Source: Promethearchaeia archaeon (lineage in GTDB: Archaea > Asgardarchaeota > Lokiarchaeia > Sigyniarchaeales > SOKP01). From it: DNA of 64,000 nt. A program made the position numbers and the translations under genes. Every line of letters begins with the position of its first letter. Positions within the stretch are counted from its first letter, which is position 1. The notes under the pieces were generated by a model that saw only the letters and a program-made list of their open reading frames with translations, did not search any database and was not told the DNA's origin. Positions 9,765 to 20,379 of the stretch are shown here, one piece after another. Location: the NCBI GenBank assembly GCA_029856145.1, contig JAHQWK010000004.1, forward strand, positions 64,001-128,000. The letters are read 5' to 3'.

Positions 9765-11537
9765 TTAGTGAGGATTAAGTAAATTTTCTCTTTTATTTAC
9801 TAAAATTAACTTATCCTCTTCAAGGATTATTCTATCTTTATTTAAAGGGCTAAAATTATAAGTGATTTTCATTACATTAACAATAAAATTTCCAAAGAGT
9901 TTTAATTTCAACGTGTTAAATAAGTCATTAATCATTTGTAGGTCTTCAGGAATTGAAACCCCCAAAAATGGATTTAAGAATAAATATAATGCTGCACTTA
10001 ATATTATACCAATAATCATGCTTATAGTGCTATTATAGGGAAATCCCCACATAATTAAAAAGAGAATTACTAAGTTTGGGATTAATCTATAGATTTTAAA
10101 ATTATAATTAATTTCAAGCTTTCTTTTGAGTTGAATTAAAATATATGGTAAAAGAAATAGTGAAGAAATTAACATTACAATTCCAATACCTAAGATTCCG
10201 TAAAAAAAGATAAAAAGTGGAGAAGTTGCTATTATTATTAGGAGAGTTATTGTGAAGCCTTTTGCTGCTAAACCAGCATTTCCTGATCCAATTAAAGCAT
10301 TACCAAATAAAGTGGAGTACCCATAAAGAAATTGACCTGTAATAATCAAGATAAATAAGATTTGAGCCATAACAAAAAAATCCCAATTAAAAACTGTACC
10401 CTCTATAAAAAAATCCTTGTGTAAATAAAATAATAATTCCCCTGATAAAGCTACCATTGCTGTTAAGAATCCTAATGCTAAAATGCTTGAGATTCGTGTA
10501 GAAGCGTTGATTGATTCTTCAACAGTTTCATGACATTCCTTAACACATGCCTCAGCAATTTCAATATTCAGGGGAGCTGAATAATATAGAATAACAGATT
10601 TAACCGCTCCATAAGCCATTAAAACAGTCAATAAACTCAAGCTTAATGCTTGATATGAAGGATCACTAAAAATAGCTAAATATATAGCAGCAATAAAGAA
10701 TAAGATATCTTCAAAAAATTTTGAATTTTGAATATTTGTTATCATAGAATATAAAGAATTTTTCATATATATCAGAATTTGATGATCTTCAATAAGTTCT
10801 CTAATTTCAGGAGAAGCTTTTTTTCTCATATTACGAGATCTCAAACTAGATTTAATTATCCCATAGATTGAATAAGGAGCTAACCTTTTAAAGAAATATA
10901 TTAACAGAATTAATGTAATAATATTAAAAAATGGATAAAACGCAAACCAAAATGGATTTAGACTATTTGAGATAAAAATGAACGCGAAAAGTAAAATAAA
11001 TATTCCATTAAAAATTGATGTGAAAGCAATTATATCGTATCTATTTTTAATTTCTAATCCAATTTGAAAAACAAAAGTACTATATATCAAAAATGAAGAA
11101 AAACCAGAAGCAAAAATGCATTCTCTTAATAAAGTATTTGTTAAAAAAAACCCAAACACAAAAGGAGTAGCTATCATCCCCAAACCTAATCCAATTCCAA
11201 TTAAGAATAATAACTTTGAATATGTCGTGGCTTTTAATTGTCCAAGTTCTTCATTAATAACAAATGCTGCTTTAATTTCTGCTATAAAGTATCGAGAAAT
11301 CCCAATTCCTATTAGTCCTACGATCCCATTTATTGCAGTTGTTAAACCAAAATATTTTAATCCCTCCCAACTTGTCCCTAAAATGATAAAAATCCAAATA
11401 CAACTAGCATTTATTAATGAGAAAAACATATAGAGAGACCCGGATGTGACTACACGTGAACTGCCCTCATGTTCAAAAAATTTCTGATCTCGTTTAAAAT
11501 CAATTTGGACCTTTTCTTTTTCTGGTGAATTTCCCAT
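9765..11537 (-). CDS. MATE/MOP superfamily flippase-like membrane protein
   Basis: About 14 hydrophobic segments in two halves; C-terminal GVSIPEDL pattern like polysaccharide exporters. Confidence 0.6.
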   Translation of the reverse strand: MGNSPEKEKVQIDFKRDQKFFEHEGSSRVVTSGSLYMFFSLINASCIWIFIILGTSWEGLKYFGLTTAINGIVGLIGIGISRYFIAEIKAAFVINEELGQLKATTYSKLLFLIGIGLGLGMIATPFVFGFFLTNTLLRECIFASGFSSFLIYSTFVFQIGLEIKNRYDIIAFTSIFNGIFILLFAFIFISNSLNPFWFAFYPFFNIITLILLIYFFKRLAPYSIYGIIKSSLRSRNMRKKASPEIRELIEDHQILIYMKNSLYSMITNIQNSKFFEDILFFIAAIYLAIFSDPSYQALSLSLLTVLMAYGAVKSVILYYSAPLNIEIAEACVKECHETVEESINASTRISSILALGFLTAMVALSGELLFYLHKDFFIEGTVFNWDFFVMAQILFILIITGQFLYGYSTLFGNALIGSGNAGLAAKGFTITLLIIIATSPLFIFFYGILGIGIVMLISSLFLLPYILIQLKRKLEINYNFKIYRLIPNLVILFLIMWGFPYNSTISMIIGIILSAALYLFLNPFLGVSIPEDLQMINDLFNTLKLKLFGNFIVNVMKITYNFSPLNKDRIILEEDKLILVNKRENLLNPH

Positions 11538-11723
11538 AAATCACGAGCTTTCTCAAAAATGATTATAGATATTGAATTAAAGAATTATAAAAAAGTTTTA
11601 GTTAATAAAATAACAATCGAAAAGTAAAGAGCTATACTAATTTATTCATCACATAATAATAGACATTTTTATGATTAATTATATATTCAACATAATTAAT
11701 TGAAAGTAATTTAATATGTTAAA

Positions 11724-11897
11724 ATGAGTGAAGAAGAACTTATTTGCGAGAATTGTGGGGAAAATACATCAGGAAAGATATATGAATGTGTGGATTGCTA
11801 TAATCCATTATGCGATGAGTGCGCTAACATTTGTAAAAATTGCGGAGAATATTTATGTGATGGGTGTTACCACGATCATAAGAATAACTGCAGTTAA
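11724..11897 (+). CDS. 57-aa Cys-rich multi-zinc-finger protein
   Basis: Missed by ORF track. MSEEELICENCGENTSGKIYECVDCYNPLCDECANICKNCGEYLCDGCYHDHKNNCS has 5 CxxC plus HxxxC. Its stop abuts the next ATG. Confidence 0.85.
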   Translation: MSEEELICENCGENTSGKIYECVDCYNPLCDECANICKNCGEYLCDGCYHDHKNNCS

Positions 11898-12308
11898 ATG
11901 AAAGGATCTTATATTTTAGTTGTTTTTATAGAAAATGATATTCAACTCATAGTTGGGGCTCTCGGGAAAATTATATTCAATAAAGGATTCTATTTTTATG
12001 TAGGATCGGCTATGGGAAATTATGGTTCATCAACATTATTGAACCGAGCAAAAAGACATCTTTTAAGTAAGAAAGAAAAAAGTATTCATTGGCATATAGA
12101 TTATCTGCTTGCAAGTATTCACTCCTTGATAATAAAAATTTATTTAATTCCTTCAATTGAAACATTAGAATGTACAATTGCTCAAGAATTATCTAAAATT
12201 AGTGATAATTCTATGAACAACTTTGGCTCCTCAGATTGTCAGTGTATAAGCCATTTATTCTATTTTAAAAATTTAGATTACTTTGATGAGAATTTATCAA
12301 ACATATAA
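11898..12308 (+). CDS. GIY-YIG nuclease family protein (DUF123)
   Basis: Motifs KGSYIL, GFYFYVGSA, HWHIDYL and FGSSDCQCISHL. Confidence 0.85.
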   Translation: MKGSYILVVFIENDIQLIVGALGKIIFNKGFYFYVGSAMGNYGSSTLLNRAKRHLLSKKEKSIHWHIDYLLASIHSLIIKIYLIPSIETLECTIAQELSKISDNSMNNFGSSDCQCISHLFYFKNLDYFDENLSNI

Positions 12309-12797
12309 ACAAATCAAAAAGGATAAAACTCCTATTATTATTAATTCATTTATTACTCCATATTTTTTATATGTGAAATCTGGAAGCCAAAAAAATATAT
12401 TATTCCGAATCCAATCCGCAATTTTATGGAAAAGATACTTTTTATTCCATTCGGATCCGGGATTCTTTCTTTTTTTCCTATTTTGAATAGGTCTTAAAAT
12501 AAACCAATCTATTATATCTGGTAAATTTACAGCTAACATCGCTAGCCAGAATGGAATAAAAAATATAATAACTATTGCTATGGACGCAGAATATATAATT
12601 ACATGCCAAATAATCCAAAATTTATCCTTCTTCATTGCTTCTGGTGTGTGGTATGTTAATTTAGATAAAGCATCTGAGAGGAAATGAGAAAAGAAAGCAA
12701 AAACAATTGTAAATATCACATTTATTGGATATAAAAAATAACTGAAACATAGTATCTGAATAAGAATCGCCGTAAGATTATGAGTAATTGATTCCAT
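12297..12797 (-). CDS. Membrane protein, possible membrane-bound metal-dependent hydrolase
   Basis: TH, SHFLSD, NLPD and LFH motifs among transmembrane segments. Confidence 0.55.
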   Translation of the reverse strand: MESITHNLTAILIQILCFSYFLYPINVIFTIVFAFFSHFLSDALSKLTYHTPEAMKKDKFWIIWHVIIYSASIAIVIIFFIPFWLAMLAVNLPDIIDWFILRPIQNRKKRKNPGSEWNKKYLFHKIADWIRNNIFFWLPDFTYKKYGVINELIIIGVLSFLICLYV

Positions 12798-12961
12798 GCA
12801 TATCCCCTATAAATTCAATGAAAATATCATATACTTTACAAGAAAATAATAAATATAAAAATCCTTAAGTTTAGAAATAATTTTTTATTAGTACATATTA
12901 TTTAGCACATAAAATATAGAACTAAAAAAAAAAATTATAATTTATAAGAGGGAAAAATATT

Positions 12962-13906
12962 ATGGGAATGTTAGATGGTAAAGTAGCAATAATTACTGGA
13001 GCTGGTCGGGGTTTAGGGCGGGAAGAAGCTTTAGCATTGGCCAGAGAAGGATGTAATTTAATAATTAACGATTTGGGGGCTGGATTTGATGGTAGTGGGC
13101 AACCCACTAAGATTGCTGATGAAGTAGCTGAAGAATGTAAAAAATTGGGAGTTAAGGCTGTTGGAAATTATGATTCTGTTACGGATTTCAATAAAGCTAA
13201 GGCAATTATTGATCAAGCAGTTTCTGAATTTGGGAAACTAGACATTTTAGTGAATAATGCAGGAATTCTCCGAGATCGAATGCTTTTTAACATGACAGAA
13301 AAAGAATTTGATGATGTTATAGCAGTACATCTAAAAGGTACTTTTAACATGACTCGTCATGCATCTGCATATTTTAGAGAACAAGGAAAGGCAGATCCAA
13401 GCTTGAAAAATTTTGGAACTATAATCAATACTGCTTCAGATGCTGGTTTACTAGGAAATGTGGGTCAATCAAATTATGGTGCTGCTAAAGCAGGAATTGC
13501 GGCATTTAGCGTCATCTCAGCGATGGAATTAAAAAAATATGCCACAGTTAATTGCGTAGTACCTATTGCTCGAACACGACTTACAACTGATGCTACTCCA
13601 AAAATGGCGGACACCATGAGTAAAACAGATGAATCTGGTTTTGATGTTTTTAATCCTGCGAATTTTGCTCCAATGATAGTATTTTTGGCATCAGATAAAG
13701 CAAGAAGAATAACAGGGGAAGTATTTAGAATTGCTGGAGATAAATGTTGGGTTTACCAAGGATGGCACGCAGTTAATATGGTCGATAACGGTGGTAAACG
13801 ATGGACTCCTCAAATCCTAGCTGAAAGAGTTAAAAGCGAATTAATGAAAGGATTGCCTCGAAAAGAAACCCTTATGGATGCAGTTGGGCTCTTAATTAAA
13901 ATGTAA
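12962..13906 (+). CDS. SDR family oxidoreductase (MFE-2/hydroxyacyl-CoA dehydrogenase-like)
   Basis: Motifs TGAGRGLG, INDLG, NNAGILRD and NYGAAKAG. Confidence 0.9.
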   Translation: MGMLDGKVAIITGAGRGLGREEALALAREGCNLIINDLGAGFDGSGQPTKIADEVAEECKKLGVKAVGNYDSVTDFNKAKAIIDQAVSEFGKLDILVNNAGILRDRMLFNMTEKEFDDVIAVHLKGTFNMTRHASAYFREQGKADPSLKNFGTIINTASDAGLLGNVGQSNYGAAKAGIAAFSVISAMELKKYATVNCVVPIARTRLTTDATPKMADTMSKTDESGFDVFNPANFAPMIVFLASDKARRITGEVFRIAGDKCWVYQGWHAVNMVDNGGKRWTPQILAERVKSELMKGLPRKETLMDAVGLLIKM

Positions 13907-14076
13907 TCTTATTTTATTTTTTTTATCTTTTTTTAAATAACTTGTCTAATAGTTCTAAAAAGTTTTTAATAATTTAAGTAGAATTTAAGATATAAAGGAA
14001 GAAATTTGCATTGTAAATGCAATTATATTAGCTTTGGGAACATTAGAAGAATTTAATGCTTATTTGCTTTAATTTC

Positions 14077-14355
14077 TCACTCAAGGCTATCAGCAATATC
14101 CTTAAAAATTTGATAAATTAGCATAACTATTTTATCAAAATCCTCTTCAGGCATATCAGAACTGTTGTTTTTCAACATATTTAAGAGATATTCTAATTTA
14201 TCTAAAGCTTTTTTAAGATGATCCATTTCATCCCTGTTTTTTGCTTCTTTAAAACGTTTCCTTAGAAAAATTATCTCACTAATTAACATACTTGTTAATT
14301 TCTCTTTTCTTGATTGAATGAACTCATTATATTGCCATATAATTGATTTACTCAT
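14077..14355 (-). CDS. Small helical hypothetical protein
   Basis: 92-aa ORF with an AGGT SD-like element upstream and coding-like composition. Confidence 0.6.
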   Translation of the reverse strand: MSKSIIWQYNEFIQSRKEKLTSMLISEIIFLRKRFKEAKNRDEMDHLKKALDKLEYLLNMLKNNSSDMPEEDFDKIVMLIYQIFKDIADSLE

Positions 14356-14521
14356 TTTATTAACCTCAATTATTTATTTTAATTCTAATTAGAATGAGAA
14401 ATTCAAGAAATTAATTTCTTTTAGAGTCCAATTGTTGAGTAAAATATCAGTTCCCAAAAAAAAAGAAGTTAAATTAACCCCAAATCACTTGAAAGCATAG
14501 ATTAAATGAATTTTATAAAAT

Positions 14522-14989
14522 TTAATCTTCAATTAAATCTTTAAAGAAATCATCGTCATAATGCTTTTCTGGACGTTCTTCTTTTACCTCTTTATACATG
14601 AAGTAAACACATATAATTACTCCAATCAAGAACCCAACAAACACTCCAGAAATAAGACCGCCTAGGAGATATCCCAAGAAATAAGAAGAATCCAGGAGTA
14701 AAATCTGATATAAGCTAATAAAAAATGCAGATATAATTCCTCCAACAATCCCTATTATTACACCATATTTTAAAATTGATTGATCTGGTTGTCGTGTTTT
14801 TATAAAATAATATACACCAAAAACAGTTCCTAATGAAAATTGCAGATCAGCAAAAAGAAAGAAACCTGGCCAAATAAACCCTAATACTATAACTGATATA
14901 ATAGAAATTATTATATAAGCTATTACAGTAACCACAACAGAAATCGTTATACCTCTAAAGATATTCTTATATTTTGCTTCTTCTAACAA
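14522..14989 (-). CDS. Four-TM Gly-rich membrane protein
   Basis: Hydrophobic helices with GxxxG patterns and an acidic tail. Confidence 0.7.
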   Translation of the reverse strand: MLEEAKYKNIFRGITISVVVTVIAYIIISIISVIVLGFIWPGFFLFADLQFSLGTVFGVYYFIKTRQPDQSILKYGVIIGIVGGIISAFFISLYQILLLDSSYFLGYLLGGLISGVFVGFLIGVIICVYFMYKEVKEERPEKHYDDDFFKDLIED

Positions 14990-15020
14990 ATTATTTTCCT
15001 CTATAAAAATCGAAATAAAT

Positions 15021-15334
15021 TTAGATAATAAAAATCCAATAACTTAAGAAAGTTATTGTTCTTTTTTTAATTTGTTTGTCTCGGGTAAATCTTTTCCTTT
15101 TGTTATAGCTTTTGTAATAATTTTTTTTTGCAATGAAATAATCACTAAGAACTTCAAAAGATTCTTTAATTACTTTCTTGGCTTTATCGACCTCTTTACC
15201 CATAAAACTCACACTTAAATAAGACATATTTTAAATAAATTTCCTCATAATTTCGGCTGAAAAGCTATAATAAATAAATTAACAATTTGTCTATCATCAC
15301 CTTCTTTATAATGCCAAGATATGATATTTTCCAT
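15021..15334 (-). pseudogene. Degraded gene remnant, possibly a GNAT-like N-terminus
   Basis: ATG at 15334 gives MENIISWHYKEGDDRQIVNLFIIAFQPKL*. A separate 68-aa ORF (15021-15227) follows in another frame. Confidence 0.3.
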
Positions 15335-15450
15335 TAGATCATATCTTCTTTTTCATTTTTTTTTATTATTACAAATTAGGAAAAATTAGCTTTTTTAAGC
15401 AAGATTACTATACTTAAATAGATAAATAATATAAAAATAGATTGAGTTAG

Positions 15451-15804
15451 ATGAGTGAAAGAATAACTGAAATTCTCGATAGTTTGAAGGCGATAAAAGG
15501 GGTTCATGGAGCAGCCCTAATTGAGAAATTTGGATTAATAAAAGGAAGTGCATTACCAGGATGGGTAGATCCTGAGGCAGTGGCGGCGATGGTTACTCTG
15601 ATTCTTAAAGCTAGCCAAAGAGCAACTAAAGAGTTAGAACAAGGTCAATTTTACAGTGCAATTATCGAATCTGAAAAAGGTAAAATACTTTTTAGTGAAA
15701 TTAAAGGAAATATTTTGACTATAATCACAACTCGTGAAGCAAAATTAGGCATAATTAATTTAAAATTAGACGCTGCTAGTACAGCACTTGATACATTGAT
15801 TTAA
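15451..15804 (+). CDS. Roadblock/LC7 (MglB-like) protein
   Basis: GVHGAALIEKFGLI, EAVAAM, ELEQGQF..AIIESEKGKI and AKLGII motifs. Confidence 0.9.
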   Translation: MSERITEILDSLKAIKGVHGAALIEKFGLIKGSALPGWVDPEAVAAMVTLILKASQRATKELEQGQFYSAIIESEKGKILFSEIKGNILTIITTREAKLGIINLKLDAASTALDTLI

Positions 15805-15834
15805 TTTTTTTATTCTTTTTTAAAAACATTCTTA

Positions 15835-17331
15835 TTAAATTATTCCTTTTTCTTTTAGAAGATGAACCATTATTGCTCGAGTTATATGAGGGTCAGCTTG
15901 TCCCCTCGTCTTACCCATAACTCTTCCTATTAGTGCTTCTATTGCTTTTGGATTTTCTCGACAATCTTTTACAATCTTAGGATTTGCATCAATTACTTCA
16001 TTACTGAAATTTACAAGGAGTTTTTCATCAGAAATTCTTTTTTTACCCTTCTTTTCAAGAATCTCATGAATTGAAAATCCATTCATCATATCGTTTATAA
16101 TACTTTTAGCAATTTTGGTTGTAATTTTTCCTTCATTAATATATTTAATTAAATCAACTATTTGGTGTGTGTGAAGTTTTGTATCTTTTAATACTTTGTT
16201 ATGCTCGTTTAACCATCTTAAAATATCATTCATTAACCAATTACAATATTGTTTATACTCATTCGGGCCGAATAAAGCCTCAGAATTTACACCATCTTCG
16301 TAGAAATCTGCAATGTCTTTCTCTAAAACTAAATTATCAGAATCAAATTCAGATAAATAGTAATCTCTACGAAGTCTTACAGATCTTTCATTTGGCATTT
16401 CAGGTAATTCATTTTTAACTTTCTGAATAAAATCATTATCAATTTCTATTGGAACTAAATCCTGTTCCGGAAAATAACGATAATCTGCTTCAAATTCCTT
16501 TGTTCGTAGGGAAATTGTGATTCTTCTTTTATCATCCCAATGTCTCGTTTCTTGAATTAGCGGTTTTCCTCTTTTGAGTAGATTTTTTTGCCTGATAATT
16601 TCATGCCTTAAAGCTCGTTCAACTTCCTTAAAACTATTAATGTTTTTTACTTCACTACGTTCATATCCCTTTATTGATATATTTGCATCTACTCTAACTG
16701 AACCTTCAAGATCAAGATTTGAAATCCCTGAATACTGAACAATTGATTTTAGCTGTTTTAACAATTCTCGAGCTTCTTCTGGTGAGCTAATTACTGGTTC
16801 AGTGACAATTTCTATTAAACAAACTCCTGATCTATTATAATCTACAAGGGTATAAGGTGAAGTTGCGATACTTCCTTTGTGAACTAATCTTGCTGGATCT
16901 TCTTCTAAATGAATTCGATTAAGAATTATATCTTTTTTGTGAGAATTTAATTTAATGGTAATTTTCCCCCCATCTGCAAAAGCTCTTCCTCCCGCTTTAT
17001 TGTATTGGCTTATTTGAAAGCCTTTAGCTAAGTCTACGTAGAAATACTGTTTTCTGAAGAACCAAAACTTTTGATTTATTTTACAATTTAATACTATTGC
17101 CAATCTTGTAGCAAATTCAATTACTTTTTTATTAACTACAGGAAGCGATCCTGGCAGCCCTATGCAAATAGGACATACATATGAATTTGGTACTGCACCT
17201 CGATAATCATTACTACAGCTACAAAAAAGTTTTGTTTTGAGATTGGACAATTGAATATGAACTTCTAATCCAATCATCACTTCATTACTCTCACTACTCA
17301 AATCATTTACCTCCTTTTGTAACTGGGGCAA
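15835..17331 (-). CDS. gatB: Asp/Glu-tRNA amidotransferase subunit B
   Basis: Motifs IGLEVHIQL, GLPGSLP, RIHLEED, RVDANIS, EVKNINS and DYRYFPEQD. True start is probably about 10 codons downstream. Confidence 0.97.
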   Translation of the reverse strand: MPQLQKEVNDLSSESNEVMIGLEVHIQLSNLKTKLFCSCSNDYRGAVPNSYVCPICIGLPGSLPVVNKKVIEFATRLAIVLNCKINQKFWFFRKQYFYVDLAKGFQISQYNKAGGRAFADGGKITIKLNSHKKDIILNRIHLEEDPARLVHKGSIATSPYTLVDYNRSGVCLIEIVTEPVISSPEEARELLKQLKSIVQYSGISNLDLEGSVRVDANISIKGYERSEVKNINSFKEVERALRHEIIRQKNLLKRGKPLIQETRHWDDKRRITISLRTKEFEADYRYFPEQDLVPIEIDNDFIQKVKNELPEMPNERSVRLRRDYYLSEFDSDNLVLEKDIADFYEDGVNSEALFGPNEYKQYCNWLMNDILRWLNEHNKVLKDTKLHTHQIVDLIKYINEGKITTKIAKSIINDMMNGFSIHEILEKKGKKRISDEKLLVNFSNEVIDANPKIVKDCRENPKAIEALIGRVMGKTRGQADPHITRAIMVHLLKEKGII

Positions 17332-18784
17332 TTTTACGATAAATGTTTAGATCTTGTTCTAATTGGTATCCAATATTAAGGATTCCCTTCTCATCAAAAT
17401 AATCTCCAATAATTTGAAACCCGATAGGTAAATCATTACTATCAAAACCACATGGGATTGACAATGCAGGGATACCAGCTAAGTTAACAGGACATGTTAA
17501 AATGTCTGCTATATACATCTGTAAAGGATCATCAATAAATTCTCCAATTTGAAAAGCTGTGGAAGGCATTGTTGGACAAACAATAGAGTCACATTTTTTA
17601 AAAGCCTCAACAAAATCATTCTTTATTAACGATCGAACTTTAAGAGCCTTGATATAGAACATATTGTAATACCCTGCAGATAACGCAAAGGTACCTAAAA
17701 AAATTCTTCTTCGTACTTCTGGTCCAAATTTCTCACCCCTTGTTCTACTAAAGACATCATATACATCGCCAGAAAGATTATCACTCATATTACCATATCT
17801 TAAACCATCATATCTCGCTAAATTTGAGCTTGCTTCACTCATGCACAATAAATAGTAAGTAGCTACAGTATATTCAAGATGAGGTATTGAGATGTCTATA
17901 GTTTTTGCTCCTAAACGCTCTAATTTATCAATAGCTTTTCTTACGGCACTCTCTACCTCATTATCAATACCTTCGCCAAAAAATTCCATTGGCACTCCTA
18001 TAATCTTTTTATCAATTGGTTTTTTTAATTCTTCAGTATAATTATCTATTTTCATATCTACTGAAGTAGAATCAAGTAGATCTTTTCCTGATATAATCTC
18101 AAGCATTAATGCTGAATCGTAAACACATTTAGTAATTGTACCAATCTGATCTAATGAATTAGCGAAGGCTACCAATCCATACCTAGATACTCTTCCATAT
18201 GTGGGCTTCAATCCAACGGTTCCACAAAATGCAGCAGGGCATCGAATACTTCCCCCAGTGTCACTCCCCAAAGATAATATAGCTTGTCCTGATGCGATAC
18301 TGGCTGCAGAACCACCACTAGATCCCCCCGGAACTCTTGAAATATCCCATGGATTATAAGTAGGGCCATAACAGCTATTTTCTGTAGAACTCCCCATTGC
18401 AAATTCATCCATATTAGTATTACCTATATGAATTGCTCCTTCATGTTTAACTAAGCGATCAATCACAAATGCATTATAAGGAGGGTGATAGTCATGTAAA
18501 ATTTTTGAACCGCAAGTTGTTGGAAAATTTTTAACGCAAATAAGATCCTTATTTGCTAACGGTAGTCCATAAAGGCGACCTATTTTTTTATCTTCTTTTA
18601 AATCTTTATCAAGTGATTTGGCTTCTTCCAAAGCTTTTTCTTTAGATAAATTAACAAATGAATGTAAAATAAGCTCAGTTTCTTCTATTCTCTCAAAACA
18701 AGTTTCAGCTAATTCTAGAATTGAAATTTCTTTATTTCTAATCTTTTCAATTAATTCATATGCCATGAATTCATAGAGTTTCAT
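17303..18784 (-). CDS. gatA: Asp/Glu-tRNA amidotransferase subunit A
   Basis: Amidase signature TNMDEFAMGSS, PGGSSGGS, LGSDTGGSIR, EASSNLARYDG and FGPEVRRRI. Confidence 0.97.
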   Translation of the reverse strand: MKLYEFMAYELIEKIRNKEISILELAETCFERIEETELILHSFVNLSKEKALEEAKSLDKDLKEDKKIGRLYGLPLANKDLICVKNFPTTCGSKILHDYHPPYNAFVIDRLVKHEGAIHIGNTNMDEFAMGSSTENSCYGPTYNPWDISRVPGGSSGGSAASIASGQAILSLGSDTGGSIRCPAAFCGTVGLKPTYGRVSRYGLVAFANSLDQIGTITKCVYDSALMLEIISGKDLLDSTSVDMKIDNYTEELKKPIDKKIIGVPMEFFGEGIDNEVESAVRKAIDKLERLGAKTIDISIPHLEYTVATYYLLCMSEASSNLARYDGLRYGNMSDNLSGDVYDVFSRTRGEKFGPEVRRRIFLGTFALSAGYYNMFYIKALKVRSLIKNDFVEAFKKCDSIVCPTMPSTAFQIGEFIDDPLQMYIADILTCPVNLAGIPALSIPCGFDSNDLPIGFQIIGDYFDEKGILNIGYQLEQDLNIYRKIAPVTKGGK

Positions 18785-18937
18785 AAGAACCGAGCTAAAA
18801 ATGTGAATTTATTTAAGAGAAATCATTGCTAATTTCTTAATTCAATTAAAGGCTTGACTTCTAAAAAATCTCACTATAATTATCTTATGTTTATCGAAAT
18901 ATTAAGAATAAAAGCCTTAAAAATCTTAATTTCTTTC

Positions 18938-20239
18938 TTAAGGTGCTTTTCTTAGCATAGTCCTAGGGAAAGGAATGGCATCTTTTATGTTATCTATTCC
19001 ACATAGCCACATAATAACTCTTTCAACACCAACACCATAACCTGAATGAGGAACACTGCCATACTTTCTTAATTCAAAATACCAATCATAATTTTTTGGG
19101 TCTTCTCCATCAGCTTCTAATCTTTTTATCATATCATCAACTAACAGACTTCTTTCTGACCCACCAATAATCTCACAATATCCCTCTGGAGCTAACATGT
19201 CAAAACATAATGCCTCTTTAGGATTTTCTTCACTGGGTGGTTTATAAAAACCCATAATTTCTGTAGGATAATGAGTTACCACTACCGGAACTTTGAAATG
19301 ATCTGCTATTTTTGCTTCTTCAATAGTCCTTAAATCCTTACCCCAAGGCACATTCATTTTATATTTAGTATTGAGTATTTCTAAAGCTTCTGAGTATTTT
19401 ATTGTAGGATATTCTGCTTCTGCATAATGCTCTATTAAATTAATTTCTCTCTCTAAGATTCCAAGTTCTTTTCTATTATATTTTAAAACCTGTTTGACAA
19501 TAAATCTGATTTCATTTTTAGCAACTTCAGTCACTTCATCCAATTTAATCCATGCCGCTTCCATTTCAGCCATCCAGAATTCTGATAAATGTCTTGATGT
19601 TTTTGATTTTTCTGCTCTAAACGTTGGCCCCATATTGTAAATTTTACCTAATGAAAAAATACCTGCTTCAGCATATAATTGCCATGTTTGACTAAGATAC
19701 GTTATATCGTCAAAATATTTCACCTCAAATAGGGTAGCTCCACCTTCGGATTGGCTGGGTTGGAAAATAGGTGCATCAAATTCATAATAACCATGACTTC
19801 TAAAAAATTCATGTATCGCTCCAACAACTGTATGCCGGATTTTTAGAATTGCATTTAATTTTCTTGATCTTATCCATAGATGTCTATTATCATATAAAAG
19901 CTCTGGTGATTGATGTTCTGTAATTGGAAACGGTTCAGCTATTTGAACGATTTGTAAATCTGACACAGAAACCTCATAACCAGTTGGAGCTCTTTCATCC
20001 TCCTTTAGATCCCCTGAAACTTTAACTGAAGATTCAATTGTTAACTTTTCAGCTTTCTCAAAGATCTCTGGGTTCTTATCGTTAGATATTACGCATTGTA
20101 TTATGTCAGATTCATCCCTCAACACAATAAATACAAATTTATTGGATTTTCTTTCTCGATATACCCAACCTCTTAAATTTACATTAGTAGAACCACTCTT
20201 GAGAGCCTCTTCAATTGTTGTATATTTTGATTCCTTCAT
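18938..20239 (-). CDS. asnS: Asparagine--tRNA ligase
   Basis: N-terminal OB fold. YLSQTWQLYAE, FRAEKSKTSRHLSEFWMAEME and EIIGGSER are AsnRS-type rather than AspRS (QLYKQ). Confidence 0.9.
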   Translation of the reverse strand: MKESKYTTIEEALKSGSTNVNLRGWVYRERKSNKFVFIVLRDESDIIQCVISNDKNPEIFEKAEKLTIESSVKVSGDLKEDERAPTGYEVSVSDLQIVQIAEPFPITEHQSPELLYDNRHLWIRSRKLNAILKIRHTVVGAIHEFFRSHGYYEFDAPIFQPSQSEGGATLFEVKYFDDITYLSQTWQLYAEAGIFSLGKIYNMGPTFRAEKSKTSRHLSEFWMAEMEAAWIKLDEVTEVAKNEIRFIVKQVLKYNRKELGILEREINLIEHYAEAEYPTIKYSEALEILNTKYKMNVPWGKDLRTIEEAKIADHFKVPVVVTHYPTEIMGFYKPPSEENPKEALCFDMLAPEGYCEIIGGSERSLLVDDMIKRLEADGEDPKNYDWYFELRKYGSVPHSGYGVGVERVIMWLCGIDNIKDAIPFPRTMLRKAP

Positions 20240-20379
20240 TTTCTAATAAAAAGCATAGTTTACAATTAATATGTTTTAGTTAGTTATTGAATTCTAAAAA
20301 ATTTGACTGAATTATTATATACTGAGATATGATTTTAAATAATAAAAGAAGATTATGTTCATAAAATGGATGTTTTGAA

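Noticed and set aside
14006-14022. Inverted repeat TTGCATT-gta-AATGCAA
   Set aside because: 7-bp arms between convergent genes in AT-rich DNA with no second copy seen; compatible with chance.
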